Source: an uncultured Verrucomicrobiae bacterium | GTDB taxonomy: Bacteria; Verrucomicrobiota; Verrucomicrobiia; Chthoniobacterales; Chthoniobacteraceae | NCBI GenBank assembly: GCA_963769025.1 | Contig: CAVYKI010000009.1 | Location: 320,001 to 384,000, forward strand | Length of the DNA stretch: 64,000 bases | Direction of reading: 5' to 3' | Shown: in pieces, positions 48,969 to 57,487 of the stretch | Layout: every line of letters starts with the position of its first letter | Numbering within the stretch: the stretch's first letter is position 1 | Notes under the pieces: generated by a model | Seen by the model: only the letters and a program-made list of their open reading frames with translations | Told to the model about the DNA's origin: nothing | Databases searched by the model: none | Program-made: the position numbers and the translations under genes

Positions 48969-50312
48969 TTACTTCGCGTCGCCGCCCTTGGGTTCTGCGG
49001 CGGGGTATTGGAGAATGTGGACGGTGTCGCTCTTGAGATACTTCTTCGCGACCCTCTGCAGGTCCTCGCGCTTCACGGCGAGATAGTGGTCGAGCTGTTT
49101 GTTCACCTCGTCCGTGGCGCCCTCGAAGACGTGTGCGTTTGCGAGGTTCTTTGCGCGTGCGAGCATCGTGCCGTTCTGATTCGCGAGCTCCGCTTCCTTT
49201 TGGTTCATCGCCTTTTTGAATTCCTCCTCCGTCACGCCTTCCGCCTTCACCTTTTCCACCTCTTCGGTGATGAGCGCGTCCAGCTTCTCCAGCGTGGTTC
49301 CTGCGTTGCCCGTGGCGAAGACACCTACGACGCCCGTCAGCTCAAACAGCTCGGGAAATGCCTCCGCGTTCATCGCGACCTGTTCCTTGTCCACGAGCCT
49401 GCGGTAGAGGCGCGAACTGCGTCCGCTGGCGAGGATGTTCGCGAGCAGGTCGAGCGCGTATGCATCGGGGTCGCGCTGGTTGCACGCGTGCCACACGTGC
49501 AGCGTCGCATTCAACGGCGTCTTCTCCTCCTTCACCACGAGCTTCTGCGGCCCGGACGGGTCGGTGAGGGTGAACTTCGGCCGCGGTGGCGCCGCTCCCT
49601 TCGGGATGCCGCCAAAGTAATCCTCCACGAGCTTCTTCGTCTCCTCGATGTTGATGTCGCCCGCGATCGCGAGCGTCGCGTTGTTCGGCACGTAATACAT
49701 TTTCCAAAAGTCGCGGAACTCCTCGATCTTCGCCTGGTCGATATATTGCACCGAGCCGATGGGCGTCCACGCGTACGGCGTGCCTTTCAGCACGAAGCCG
49801 ACCAGCTTCTCGAACAGCGAGCCATACGGCTGGTTGTCGTAGCGCATGCTGCGCTCCTCCTTCACCACCTTGCGCTGCGTCTCCACGCCCGTCTCGTCGA
49901 TCCGGTTGTGCAACATCCGCTCGCTCTCGATCCACAGCGCCAGCTTGAGCTGGTTGCTCGGGAGATTCAGGTAGTAGTCCGTTTTGTCGAAGCCCGTGCT
50001 CGCGTTCAGGTTTCCGCCCGCGCCGGACACGAGCTTGTCGATGGTCCCGCGCTTGATGTTCTCGCTTCCTTCAAACATCAGGTGCTCGAAAAAGTGTGCG
50101 AATCCCGTGCGGTCCGGCCGCTCGTTTTTCGAGCCCACGTGATAGAGAACGTAGCTCGCGACCACCGGCGCAGCGTGGTTCTCGTGCAGGATCACATGCA
50201 GCCCGTTCGGCAGATCGTATTCGGTAAAGGCGAGCGGCTTCAGCGAGGAATGCGGGGCATCAGCGAGCGCCGGCAGCGCGAGCGCGAGGGAAACGAGCAG
50301 GGGTTTGAACAT
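48969..50312 (-). CDS. M16B zinc peptidase, catalytic subunit
   Basis: Signal peptide, LPNGL, AHFFEHLMF, NAST, VKEER, YVPNNA. Confidence 0.92.
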   Translation of the reverse strand: MFKPLLVSLALALPALADAPHSSLKPLAFTEYDLPNGLHVILHENHAAPVVASYVLYHVGSKNERPDRTGFAHFFEHLMFEGSENIKRGTIDKLVSGAGGNLNASTGFDKTDYYLNLPSNQLKLALWIESERMLHNRIDETGVETQRKVVKEERSMRYDNQPYGSLFEKLVGFVLKGTPYAWTPIGSVQYIDQAKIEEFRDFWKMYYVPNNATLAIAGDINIEETKKLVEDYFGGIPKGAAPPRPKFTLTDPSGPQKLVVKEEKTPLNATLHVWHACNQRDPDAYALDLLANILASGRSSRLYRRLVDKEQVAMNAEAFPELFELTGVVGVFATGNAGTTLEKLDALITEEVEKVKAEGVTEEEFKKAMNQKEAELANQNGTMLARAKNLANAHVFEGATDEVNKQLDHYLAVKREDLQRVAKKYLKSDTVHILQYPAAEPKGGDAK

Positions 50313-50438
50313 GGCGGCGGATGAGACACAGCCCGCGCGCGAATGTTCAAGCACGGAAGGCGAAGGATGCGGAAACAGGCGAGTTGCGCCTTCCCACTGG
50401 CCACCGGCGGCGCCCGGTGGCAGATTCCCGCTCCTGCC

Positions 50439-51590
50439 ATGAAAGCGATCCTCCTCCGCGCTCTGCGCTTCCTCATCTTTCCCGTCTGCCTCGCACCCGT
50501 CTCGGAGCGGTGCGCGCGGGCGGAGGAAGGCGCGGCGCCATTCGTGAGCCGCGATGTGAAGGCGAAGGCACTTTACGCGCAGGGCAAGTACGCGGAAGCG
50601 GAGGCGGAACTGCGCGCAGCGCTGAAAATCCACACCGAGGCGCTCGGCGCGGAGCACCCGGATACGCTCAGCAGCCTCGGCAATCTCGCCGCGACGCTGA
50701 ATGCGCAGAAAAAGTTTGCCGAGGCCGAGAACGAGATTCGCAAACTGCTGGCCGTGCTGAATCGCACGGTCGGCCCGATCCATCCCGGCACGCTCACGGC
50801 CCGGCACGCGCTCGCCTTTGCGCTCGATGGGCAGGGGAAGCACGAGGAGGCGGAGAAGGAGGGCCGCTCGCTCGTGCTCGCGCGAGAGCGCGCGCTCGGC
50901 CCGGAGCACCCCGACACCGTGGCGAGCCGCGACAACCTCGCGCTCGCTCTGCTCGCACAGCGCAAGGATGCGGAGGCGGAAAAGGAACTGCGCACCGTCC
51001 TCGAGATCGAGCTGCGCACGGCGGATCCGGATGCGGCCACTACGCTCAAGACCCGGTATGACCTCGCCGTGGCGCTGGGCTTCCAGGGGAAATTCGGCGA
51101 GGCCGTGCCTCACCTCCGCGCGCTCGTGGCCGGGCAGGAGCGCACGCTCGGGCCGGAGCACGGCGACACGTTGATCAACCGCAACAAACTCGCCATCGCG
51201 CTGAACAAGATGGGCGACCATGCCGCCGCGGAGAAGGAACTGCGCGCCATCCTCGCGATCACCGACCGCAAACTCGGCCCGGAAAACCCGACCAACTGGA
51301 ACCGCCGCCACTACCTCGCCAGCACGCTGCTCGAAGCGGGCAACGACGCCGAGGCCGAGAAGGAATTCCGAGGAGTGCTCGCCATCCGCGAACGCGTGCT
51401 CGGGCCGGACCATCCGGACGTTTTCGAGTCCCGCATGTTCATCGCCACCGCGCTGCGTGCGCAGGGGAAAAAGGAAGACGCGCTCGCCTTCGCGCGGCAG
51501 GCGCTGGCGGGGTTGCAGAAAGCTGTCGGACCCGACGACGCCACCACGAAGCTCGCGCAGAAGCTCGTGGACGATCTGGAAAGGAACTAG
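50439..51590 (+). CDS. Tetratricopeptide repeat protein (42-aa LGPEHPDT-type repeats)
   Basis: About 8 repeats: LGAEHPDT, VGPIHPGT, LGPEHPDT, LGPEHGDT, LGPDHPDV. Confidence 0.88.
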   Translation: MKAILLRALRFLIFPVCLAPVSERCARAEEGAAPFVSRDVKAKALYAQGKYAEAEAELRAALKIHTEALGAEHPDTLSSLGNLAATLNAQKKFAEAENEIRKLLAVLNRTVGPIHPGTLTARHALAFALDGQGKHEEAEKEGRSLVLARERALGPEHPDTVASRDNLALALLAQRKDAEAEKELRTVLEIELRTADPDAATTLKTRYDLAVALGFQGKFGEAVPHLRALVAGQERTLGPEHGDTLINRNKLAIALNKMGDHAAAEKELRAILAITDRKLGPENPTNWNRRHYLASTLLEAGNDAEAEKEFRGVLAIRERVLGPDHPDVFESRMFIATALRAQGKKEDALAFARQALAGLQKAVGPDDATTKLAQKLVDDLERN

Positions 51591-51688
51591 CGCGCTCCGG
51601 AGCAACGTGGAGCCGCGGATGAGCAGGGCCGGGTATCCTGCGTGATTTGCGCTCTTGTTGTGGAAGGGCGCCGGGTTAATTCTTTCGC

Positions 51689-53347
51689 ATGACTTCCTCC
51701 CCGTTTTTCCGGATCGCCGCAATTCTCGCATTCGCTTTTTCCTCCGGCTTTGCCTTCGCGGCAGGACCCGCGCGACCAAATGTCCTGCTCATCCTCGCCG
51801 ATGACATGGGATTTTCCGATGCGGGGTGCTATGGCGGGGAGATCCGTACGCCGAACCTCGATGCGCTCGCGGCAAACGGCCTGCGTTTCACGCAATTCTA
51901 CAACACAGCGCGTTGCTGGCCTTCGCGCGCGGCGATCCTCACCGGCTACTACGCGCAGGCGGTGCGCCGCGATTCCATCCCCGGAGTCCCGAGCGGCGGA
52001 AAAGGGGCGCGTCCCGCGTGGGCAAAGCTGCTGCCGGACATGCTCAAGCCGCTCGGCTACCGCTCGTATCTCTCGGGAAAATGGCACGTGGACGGGAAGC
52101 CGACGGAGAACGGCTTTGACCACTCGTACGTGCTGGATGACCACGACCGGAATTTCAACCCGCGCCGCCATTCTGAGGACGACAAGCCGCTCCCACCGGT
52201 GGCTGCGGACAGCGGCTATTTTTCGAGCACGGCGATCGCCGATCACGCGATCAAATGCCTGAAGGAGCACGCGGAGAAATACGCCGACCGGCCGTTCTTT
52301 GAATACCTCTCGTTCATCGTGCCGCATTTCCCGCTGCAGGCGCCCGCGGAGGACATCGCGCGCTACAAGGACAAGTATCTCAAAGGCTGGGAGATCGCGC
52401 GTGAGGAGCGCTTCGGGCGGCAGAAAAGGTCGGGCCTCGTGAACACGACGTTGTCCGCCATCGAGCGGGATCTCGGGCCGCCGTATGCATTTCCGGCGGA
52501 GCTCGCGAAGCTCGGGCCGGGGGAGATCAACCGTCCGCTCCCGTGGACGGAACTCACGACGCAGCAGCGCGAGTTTCAGGCCACCAAGATGGCCATCCAC
52601 GCGGCGATGGTGGACCAGATGGATCAGCAGATCGGCCGCGTGCTCGAGCAGGTGAAGGCGATGGGTGCGCTCGATAACACGCTCGTGCTTTTCCTCTCCG
52701 ACAACGGCGCGAGCGCGGAGATCATGGTGCGCGGCGACGGCAACGCTCCGGGTGCGGTGCCGGGTTCCGCCGGGAGCTTCCTCTGCCTCGGGCCGGGATT
52801 TTCCAGCGCCGCAAACACGCCATTCCGCCGCCACAAGACGTGGGTGCACGAGGGCGGCATCGCCACGCCGTTCATCCTGCAATGGCCAAAGGGCATCGCC
52901 GCTCGCGGGGAATTGCGGCACAATCCCAGCCACCTCGTCGATCTCGTGCCGACGATCTTGGAAATCGCAGGAGGTAAGGCGCCTGCGACATTGGACGGAA
53001 AGCCCGTGCCTCCAGCGCACGGCAAGAGCCTGGTGCCCGTTTTCGCAAAGGATGGCGCGGTTGCCCATGATTCGCTGTGGTGGTTGCATGAGGCGAACCG
53101 CGCGCTGCGTGTCGGTGACTGGAAGATCGTGGCCGCGGGCGCGGACAGCGCATGGGAGCTCTACGACCTCTCGACGGATCGTGCGGAATCCAAAAACCTC
53201 GCCGCAAGCCAGCCGGAGCGCGTGAAGGAGATGGCGCAACTCTGGACGCAGCGGACGGAGGAGTTCCGGGCGCTCGCGCTCAAGGATCTGCAACCGGGTG
53301 CCGAGGCTCAGCCAAAGAAGCGAAACAAGGCCGGTGCTGTGCAGTAG
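51689..53347 (+). CDS. Arylsulfatase (Cys-type, secreted)
   Basis: PNVLLILADDMGFSD, RCWPSRA, GKWH, PHFPL, SDNGA. Confidence 0.92.
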   Translation: MTSSPFFRIAAILAFAFSSGFAFAAGPARPNVLLILADDMGFSDAGCYGGEIRTPNLDALAANGLRFTQFYNTARCWPSRAAILTGYYAQAVRRDSIPGVPSGGKGARPAWAKLLPDMLKPLGYRSYLSGKWHVDGKPTENGFDHSYVLDDHDRNFNPRRHSEDDKPLPPVAADSGYFSSTAIADHAIKCLKEHAEKYADRPFFEYLSFIVPHFPLQAPAEDIARYKDKYLKGWEIAREERFGRQKRSGLVNTTLSAIERDLGPPYAFPAELAKLGPGEINRPLPWTELTTQQREFQATKMAIHAAMVDQMDQQIGRVLEQVKAMGALDNTLVLFLSDNGASAEIMVRGDGNAPGAVPGSAGSFLCLGPGFSSAANTPFRRHKTWVHEGGIATPFILQWPKGIAARGELRHNPSHLVDLVPTILEIAGGKAPATLDGKPVPPAHGKSLVPVFAKDGAVAHDSLWWLHEANRALRVGDWKIVAAGADSAWELYDLSTDRAESKNLAASQPERVKEMAQLWTQRTEEFRALALKDLQPGAEAQPKKRNKAGAVQ

Positions 53348-53386
53348 CTTTGGAAGTCCGCCGGTCTTCCGGGCATGTTTCCGGGC

Positions 53387-53415
53387 AAAAAAGAACGCAG
53401 CCCGAAGGCTGCGTT
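53387..53415 (-). terminator. Intrinsic terminator
   Basis: AACGCAGCC-TTCG-GGCTGCGTT-C-TTTTTT on the minus strand (perfect 9-bp stem, cUUCGg loop). Confidence 0.85.
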
Positions 53416-53479
53416 GCGGAGGCTGCTGGAAGGTAAGTTAGACTTTGTATATTTATGTCGTGGCTTCCAAGCCCCGCGC
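53387..53479 (-). ncRNA. Candidate sigma-54-dependent small RNA (~93 nt)
   Basis: Sigma-54-type promoter upstream, ~15-bp 5' stem with A/U-rich loop, UUCG terminator hairpin and U6; no minus-strand gene nearby to explain these signals. Confidence 0.65.
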
Positions 53480-53488
53480 ATGTGGTTT

Positions 53489-53506
53489 AAGCAGCAGCCG
53501 TGCCAA
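53489..53506 (-). promoter_or_regulatory. Sigma-54 (-24/-12) promoter
   Basis: TTGGCACGGCTGCTGCTT versus consensus TGGCACG-N4-TTGCW; exact GG-N10-GC spacing. Confidence 0.7.
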
Positions 53507-53520
53507 GTCGCTGATCTTGG

Positions 53521-53549
53521 TTGAGCGAAGGCGGCGAGCCCGGTAGCTT
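53521..53549 (+). promoter_or_regulatory. Putative sigma-70 leaderless promoter of the pseudopilin-ABC operon
   Basis: TTGAGC-N17-TAGCTT-N6-ATG(53556). Confidence 0.5.
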
Positions 53550-53555
53550 TTCACG

Positions 53556-54116
53556 ATGCGTCCCAACTGGATCAAAGTCGCCGTCGTCCTCGTCGCCCTC
53601 TGGGCGATCATTTACGGCGCGACAACGGTCGTCCGAAGGAACAGGCCGACGCCGGAGACCATCGCCGCATTTGTCGCCACGAACAGCCTCGACGGGAAGG
53701 CCCCCGCGGAGCGCGCGAAGCTCATCGAGGCGGTGGCCTCGAAGGTGAACCGCCTCGAATACGACCAGCGGCGTGAACTGAATCAGCAACGGAAGGTCGA
53801 GGGTTTCTGGAACGCGCTGACCGCCGAGGAAAAAGGGCGCTACCTCGACCTCGTGCTCCCGACCGGTTTCAAGCAGATGATGGAGAACTTCAACAAGATG
53901 GAGCCCGGAAAGCGGAAGCGCATGGTGCAGAAGGCGGTGGAAAACCTCCGCTCCGACGAAGGCGAAGGGCCGCCGCGCAATCTCAACGACCCGCAGCTCC
54001 GGAAGATCGTGGATCAGGGCCTGAAGTCCTTTTACAGCGACGCGACGATCGATGCGAAGATGGACGCGCTGCCGTTCCTGGAGGCGCTGGAGCAAACCGT
54101 GAAGTGGGCGCACTGA
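53556..54116 (+). CDS. Hypothetical membrane-anchored helical protein
   Basis: N-terminal TM segment, helical body; TGATG-coupled to the next gene. Confidence 0.75.
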   Translation: MRPNWIKVAVVLVALWAIIYGATTVVRRNRPTPETIAAFVATNSLDGKAPAERAKLIEAVASKVNRLEYDQRRELNQQRKVEGFWNALTAEEKGRYLDLVLPTGFKQMMENFNKMEPGKRKRMVQKAVENLRSDEGEGPPRNLNDPQLRKIVDQGLKSFYSDATIDAKMDALPFLEALEQTVKWAH

Positions 54117-54673
54117 TGCGCGTTTCCAAAAATACTGTGCGCGCCTTCACCCTCATCGAACTGCTCGTCGTGCTCGCAATCGTTGCGCTGCTCGCGACGC
54201 TCGGGACGGCGGCATGGCAGCGCTCGCAGCGTTACGCCCGGGCCGCGGCATGCATGCAGAATCTCCGGCAGATCGGCGTGGGGCTGAGCCGATACGTCGC
54301 CGAGCACGACGGGGTTTTCCCCGAGTTGGCGATGGCGCGGGCGAACAAGAGCGACAACGTCCCGGTGATCGACACCGAACTGCGCGCTTACGTTCCCGAT
54401 GCGCGCGCATTTGCCTGTCCGGACGACAGCAAGCGCCTCGCGCAGACCTCGGGCACGAGCTACCTCTGGAACACGAAGCTGAACGGCCAGCGCTTGGCGA
54501 CGCTGAGCGTTAGCTTTCTCGCGATGGACCCGATTGACGACCCGAGCCGCATCATGGTGATGGGCGACAAAGAGGGCTTTCACCCAAACCTCGACAACAA
54601 ACTGAACGTGCTCTACGCGGACGGCCACGCCTCGCAGCAGCTGACATTCGTGGACGACGCCCCGCAGAAGTGA
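54116..54673 (+). CDS. Prepilin-type N-methylation protein with H-X9-DG motif (PVC pseudopilin)
   Basis: RA|FTLIELLVV, C..NLRQIG, FACPDD, SY.WN, H...NVLYADGH. Confidence 0.9.
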   Translation: MRVSKNTVRAFTLIELLVVLAIVALLATLGTAAWQRSQRYARAAACMQNLRQIGVGLSRYVAEHDGVFPELAMARANKSDNVPVIDTELRAYVPDARAFACPDDSKRLAQTSGTSYLWNTKLNGQRLATLSVSFLAMDPIDDPSRIMVMGDKEGFHPNLDNKLNVLYADGHASQQLTFVDDAPQK

Positions 54674-55557
54674 TGGAAGCGATCCGGCTGGCGGATTTGA
54701 AAAAGAGTTTCGCAGGAAAGCCCGCGCTGCACGGGCTGTCGTTTTCCGTCGAGCGCGGGGAAATCTTCGGCCTGCTCGGACACAATGGCGCGGGCAAGAG
54801 CACGGCGCTCGGCATCCTGCTCGGGATGGTTTTTCCGGATGGGGGCGAGGCGTTCGTGGACGGCATCAGTGTGCAGCGGGAACGTGCGCGTGCGCTGGCG
54901 AAGGTGGGCGCGATCTTCGAGGCGCCGCGCTTTTACGACTACCTGAGCGGCTGGCGGAATCTGGAAATCTTCACGAGCTACAGCGCCATCGTCTCGCGCA
55001 AGGAGATGCAGGACGCGGTGGAGTTCGTCGGACTCACGGCGCGCATCCATGACAAGGTCGGCACCTACAGTCAGGGGATGCGCCAGCGGCTCGGCGTCGC
55101 CCAGGCGCTGCTTCCGGAGCCGGCGCTCGTGCTGCTCGACGAGCCGACGAACGGCCTCGACCCCGAGGGCATCGCCGAGATGCGCGCGCTCATCCAGCGC
55201 CTGAATCGCGAGCGCGGTTTCACCGTCCTCTTTTGCTCCCACCTGCTCAGCGAGGTGGAGCAGCTCTGCGACCGCGTCGCGATTTTGAATCAGGGCAGCC
55301 TGATCTACTGCGGTCACTGGAAGGAACTCGCGCCGAAGGGTGCGCGCTTCCGCATCGACGCGGAGCCGTGGGGGAATGTCGTGACGCAGTTGAATGGCGC
55401 ATCCGTCGTCGAGCCGGGCGTGATCGAACTGCCGACGGGCGTGGACGTCGCGGATCTCGTCACGCGGCTGGTGCAGGCCGGGGTGAAGGTGCGCGCCGTC
55501 ACGCCGGAGAAACAGACGCTCGAGCAGCTCTATCTGCGGGAGGTTCACAAGCCATGA
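54673..55557 (+). CDS. ABC transporter ATP-binding protein
   Basis: GHNGAGKST, YSQGMRQR, LLDEPTNGLD, SH. Confidence 0.93.
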   Translation: MEAIRLADLKKSFAGKPALHGLSFSVERGEIFGLLGHNGAGKSTALGILLGMVFPDGGEAFVDGISVQRERARALAKVGAIFEAPRFYDYLSGWRNLEIFTSYSAIVSRKEMQDAVEFVGLTARIHDKVGTYSQGMRQRLGVAQALLPEPALVLLDEPTNGLDPEGIAEMRALIQRLNRERGFTVLFCSHLLSEVEQLCDRVAILNQGSLIYCGHWKELAPKGARFRIDAEPWGNVVTQLNGASVVEPGVIELPTGVDVADLVTRLVQAGVKVRAVTPEKQTLEQLYLREVHKP

Positions 55558-55565
55558 GGGGGACA

Positions 55566-55643
55566 ATTTCGGATTTTGGAATTGGGATTTTGAATGATCG
55601 ATTGCCGCGCGCCTCACTCCGCATTCCGCATTCCGCGCTCCGC
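55566..55643 (+). repeat. Two adjacent degenerate heptamer tandem arrays
   Basis: ATTTCGG ATTTTGG AATTGGG ATTTTGA (55566-55593) and ACTCCGC ATTCCGC ATTCCGC GCTCCGC (55616-55643). Confidence 0.75.
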
Positions 55644-55651
55644 GTTTCCCG

Positions 55652-56497
55652 ATGAGACTCTTCCTCCGCCAGTTCTCCGCCGAGTTGCTGAAGCTCTTTG
55701 CGCGCAAGCGCACGTGGATCGGCTTCGGCGCGTTCGTCGGGCTGGAGATCATCGTGCTCGCGCTGCTTCAGACCGAGAAGGCGCAGAAGGGATTCCGCAC
55801 CTTCCTCGAGGGAAATGGCGCGATGTTTGAGGAATACTTCGGCGGGCTCACGCTGGCGTTCAATGTGATGGCGCTCACGGTCGTTTTGCTCGGCGCGCTG
55901 TTCATCGGGCTTGTCTCCGGGGACATCGTGAGCAAGGAGGTTGAGGACGGCACCATGCGGATGACGCTCTCCCGACCGGTGAGCCGCATGCGGGTTCTCG
56001 GTGTGAAATTCCTCGCCTCGCTCCTTTATTGCCTGGTGCTCGTCGTCTTCATCGGCTGCACCGCACTGCTCACCGGCTATGTGTGGCGCGGGCTCGGGAG
56101 CCTGTGCGCGGTCATTCCCGAGGACCGGTTGCTGGCGCTGTTTTCGCCGGGCGAAGGGCTGGTGCGTTACTTCAGCGTGCTGCCCTTCTTTGCACTGAGC
56201 CTCTGCTCCATCGTGTCGCTCGCGTTCATGTTTTCCTGCTGCAACATGAAGCCCGCGGCGGCGACCGTCGTGACGATGGCGATCTTCCTCGTGGATCGCA
56301 TCCTGTACTTCTGGCCGCAATTCGTGTCCTACAAGCCGTGGTTCATGACCACGCACATGGTGACGTGGGTGAATGTCTTCCGGAGCCCGATCCCGTGGGC
56401 GAAGATGGCCGAGGACTACCTCTACCTCTTCGGCCTGAATGCCACGTTCTTCCTCATCGGCTGCACCATTTTCCTGCGCCGCGATCTGAAGTCGTAG
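55652..56497 (+). CDS. ABC-2 type exporter permease
   Basis: ELLKL, E.EDGT...LSRPVSR..V...K, 6 TM segments, terminal F.RRDL. Confidence 0.9.
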   Translation: MRLFLRQFSAELLKLFARKRTWIGFGAFVGLEIIVLALLQTEKAQKGFRTFLEGNGAMFEEYFGGLTLAFNVMALTVVLLGALFIGLVSGDIVSKEVEDGTMRMTLSRPVSRMRVLGVKFLASLLYCLVLVVFIGCTALLTGYVWRGLGSLCAVIPEDRLLALFSPGEGLVRYFSVLPFFALSLCSIVSLAFMFSCCNMKPAAATVVTMAIFLVDRILYFWPQFVSYKPWFMTTHMVTWVNVFRSPIPWAKMAEDYLYLFGLNATFFLIGCTIFLRRDLKS

Positions 56498-56518
56498 GGC
56501 TGCGTGCGCCGTTCCTGG

Positions 56519-57064
56519 TTACGGACGCGGGCCGCGTGGTCCGCCGCCAGGGCCGATCGGGCCGCCTCGAAAACCTCGGCCTGGGCCTGGCCCGGGACCT
56601 CCGCCGACGAACGGGCCCGGACCGTAGTAGCTGCGGGGGTAGGGCCAGCCGAGGTCGTAGTAAAATGGGTCGTAGGGGTAACCCGATGGACCGTACCATC
56701 CCGCGCCCCAATAGCCGTGATACCGGTGGCGGAATTCCGCCTCAAACCGTCTGCCGGCGAAGATCACGGCTTCGACGACATTTTCGCTGACGCCCGCGTT
56801 GCGGAGCTTTTTGAGGATGGATTTGTCCACGACGTAGTCCACGCCGGTGCGATCGAGTTGGCGGAGCGCCACGGCGTCGTTCACCTGGCGGCGCTTGAGT
56901 TCGATGATGTCCTCGGGGCTGAGTACGCCCCAGCGTTGGAGTTTGTGGACCAGTCCCGCGGAGACGCCGGCGGACCGCACCGCGGCGATCTGTTCCTTGG
57001 TCTGCGTCGCGCAACCGGCGAGGAGAAGCGCGGCTGCGAGGGTGGCTGCGAGGGTGATCTTCAT
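56519..57064 (-). CDS. Hypothetical lipoprotein with Tyr/Gly/Pro-rich tail
   Basis: Lipobox LAGC; DIIELK...V.D..., LRNAGVSENV. Confidence 0.75.
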   Translation of the reverse strand: MKITLAATLAAALLLAGCATQTKEQIAAVRSAGVSAGLVHKLQRWGVLSPEDIIELKRRQVNDAVALRQLDRTGVDYVVDKSILKKLRNAGVSENVVEAVIFAGRRFEAEFRHRYHGYWGAGWYGPSGYPYDPFYYDLGWPYPRSYYGPGPFVGGGPGPGPGRGFRGGPIGPGGGPRGPRP

Positions 57065-57110
57065 GGCCTGAGAATCGCACCCTTGGCGCGGCAGCGCAAA
57101 TGACGGCCGC

Positions 57111-57356
57111 TCACTGCCGCTCATATTCGCCCTTGCCTGTGCGCTTGTAGATCTTGAAGCCGGCCTTTTTTGCGTCGGTGACGGAGAGGGGCTTCATGAG
57201 CTTCGGGGAGTTCACGCCGGTGATGATGCGGCGCACGTTCTTTTTGCAAAGCGGGCAAGTCTTGCACGGCTCGCGGTCGAGCGGCTGGCGGAGTTCGAAG
57301 CTGCCGCCGCAGATTTTGCATTCTCCTTCGCAAAGCTCGTACACGTAGATGGGCAT
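57111..57356 (-). CDS. FmdB-family zinc ribbon protein
   Basis: MPIYVYE.C...CKIC...FE...CPLC. Confidence 0.85.
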   Translation of the reverse strand: MPIYVYELCEGECKICGGSFELRQPLDREPCKTCPLCKKNVRRIITGVNSPKLMKPLSVTDAKKAGFKIYKRTGKGEYERQ

Positions 57357-57487
57357 GGGCGCACCATGTCACATCCGCGGCGCGGCGTCATGCCTGAGGA
57401 AATCTGCCGGAATGCGGGAACAATTCCCTGCTGCGGGGGTTGCAACGGAGTCCTGATCGCTGTCATTTTCTCAATACCACCTGCCGC

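Noticed and set aside
50439..51590. Regularly spaced DNA repeats resembling an array
   Set aside because: They are in-frame TPR coding repeats, not CRISPR; no cas genes in the window
50313..51779. N-terminal ~490 aa of the 936-aa ORF 48969..51779
   Set aside because: Antisense shadow of the TPR gene; the real M16 peptidase starts at the signal peptide MFKPLL (50312)
53308..53481. ~57-codon minus-strand ORF (MRGAWKPRHK...) over the sRNA candidate
   Set aside because: Its ATG lies at or before the predicted +1, it runs through the terminator and into the sulfatase gene, and codon usage is atypical; not fully excluded without Ribo-seq
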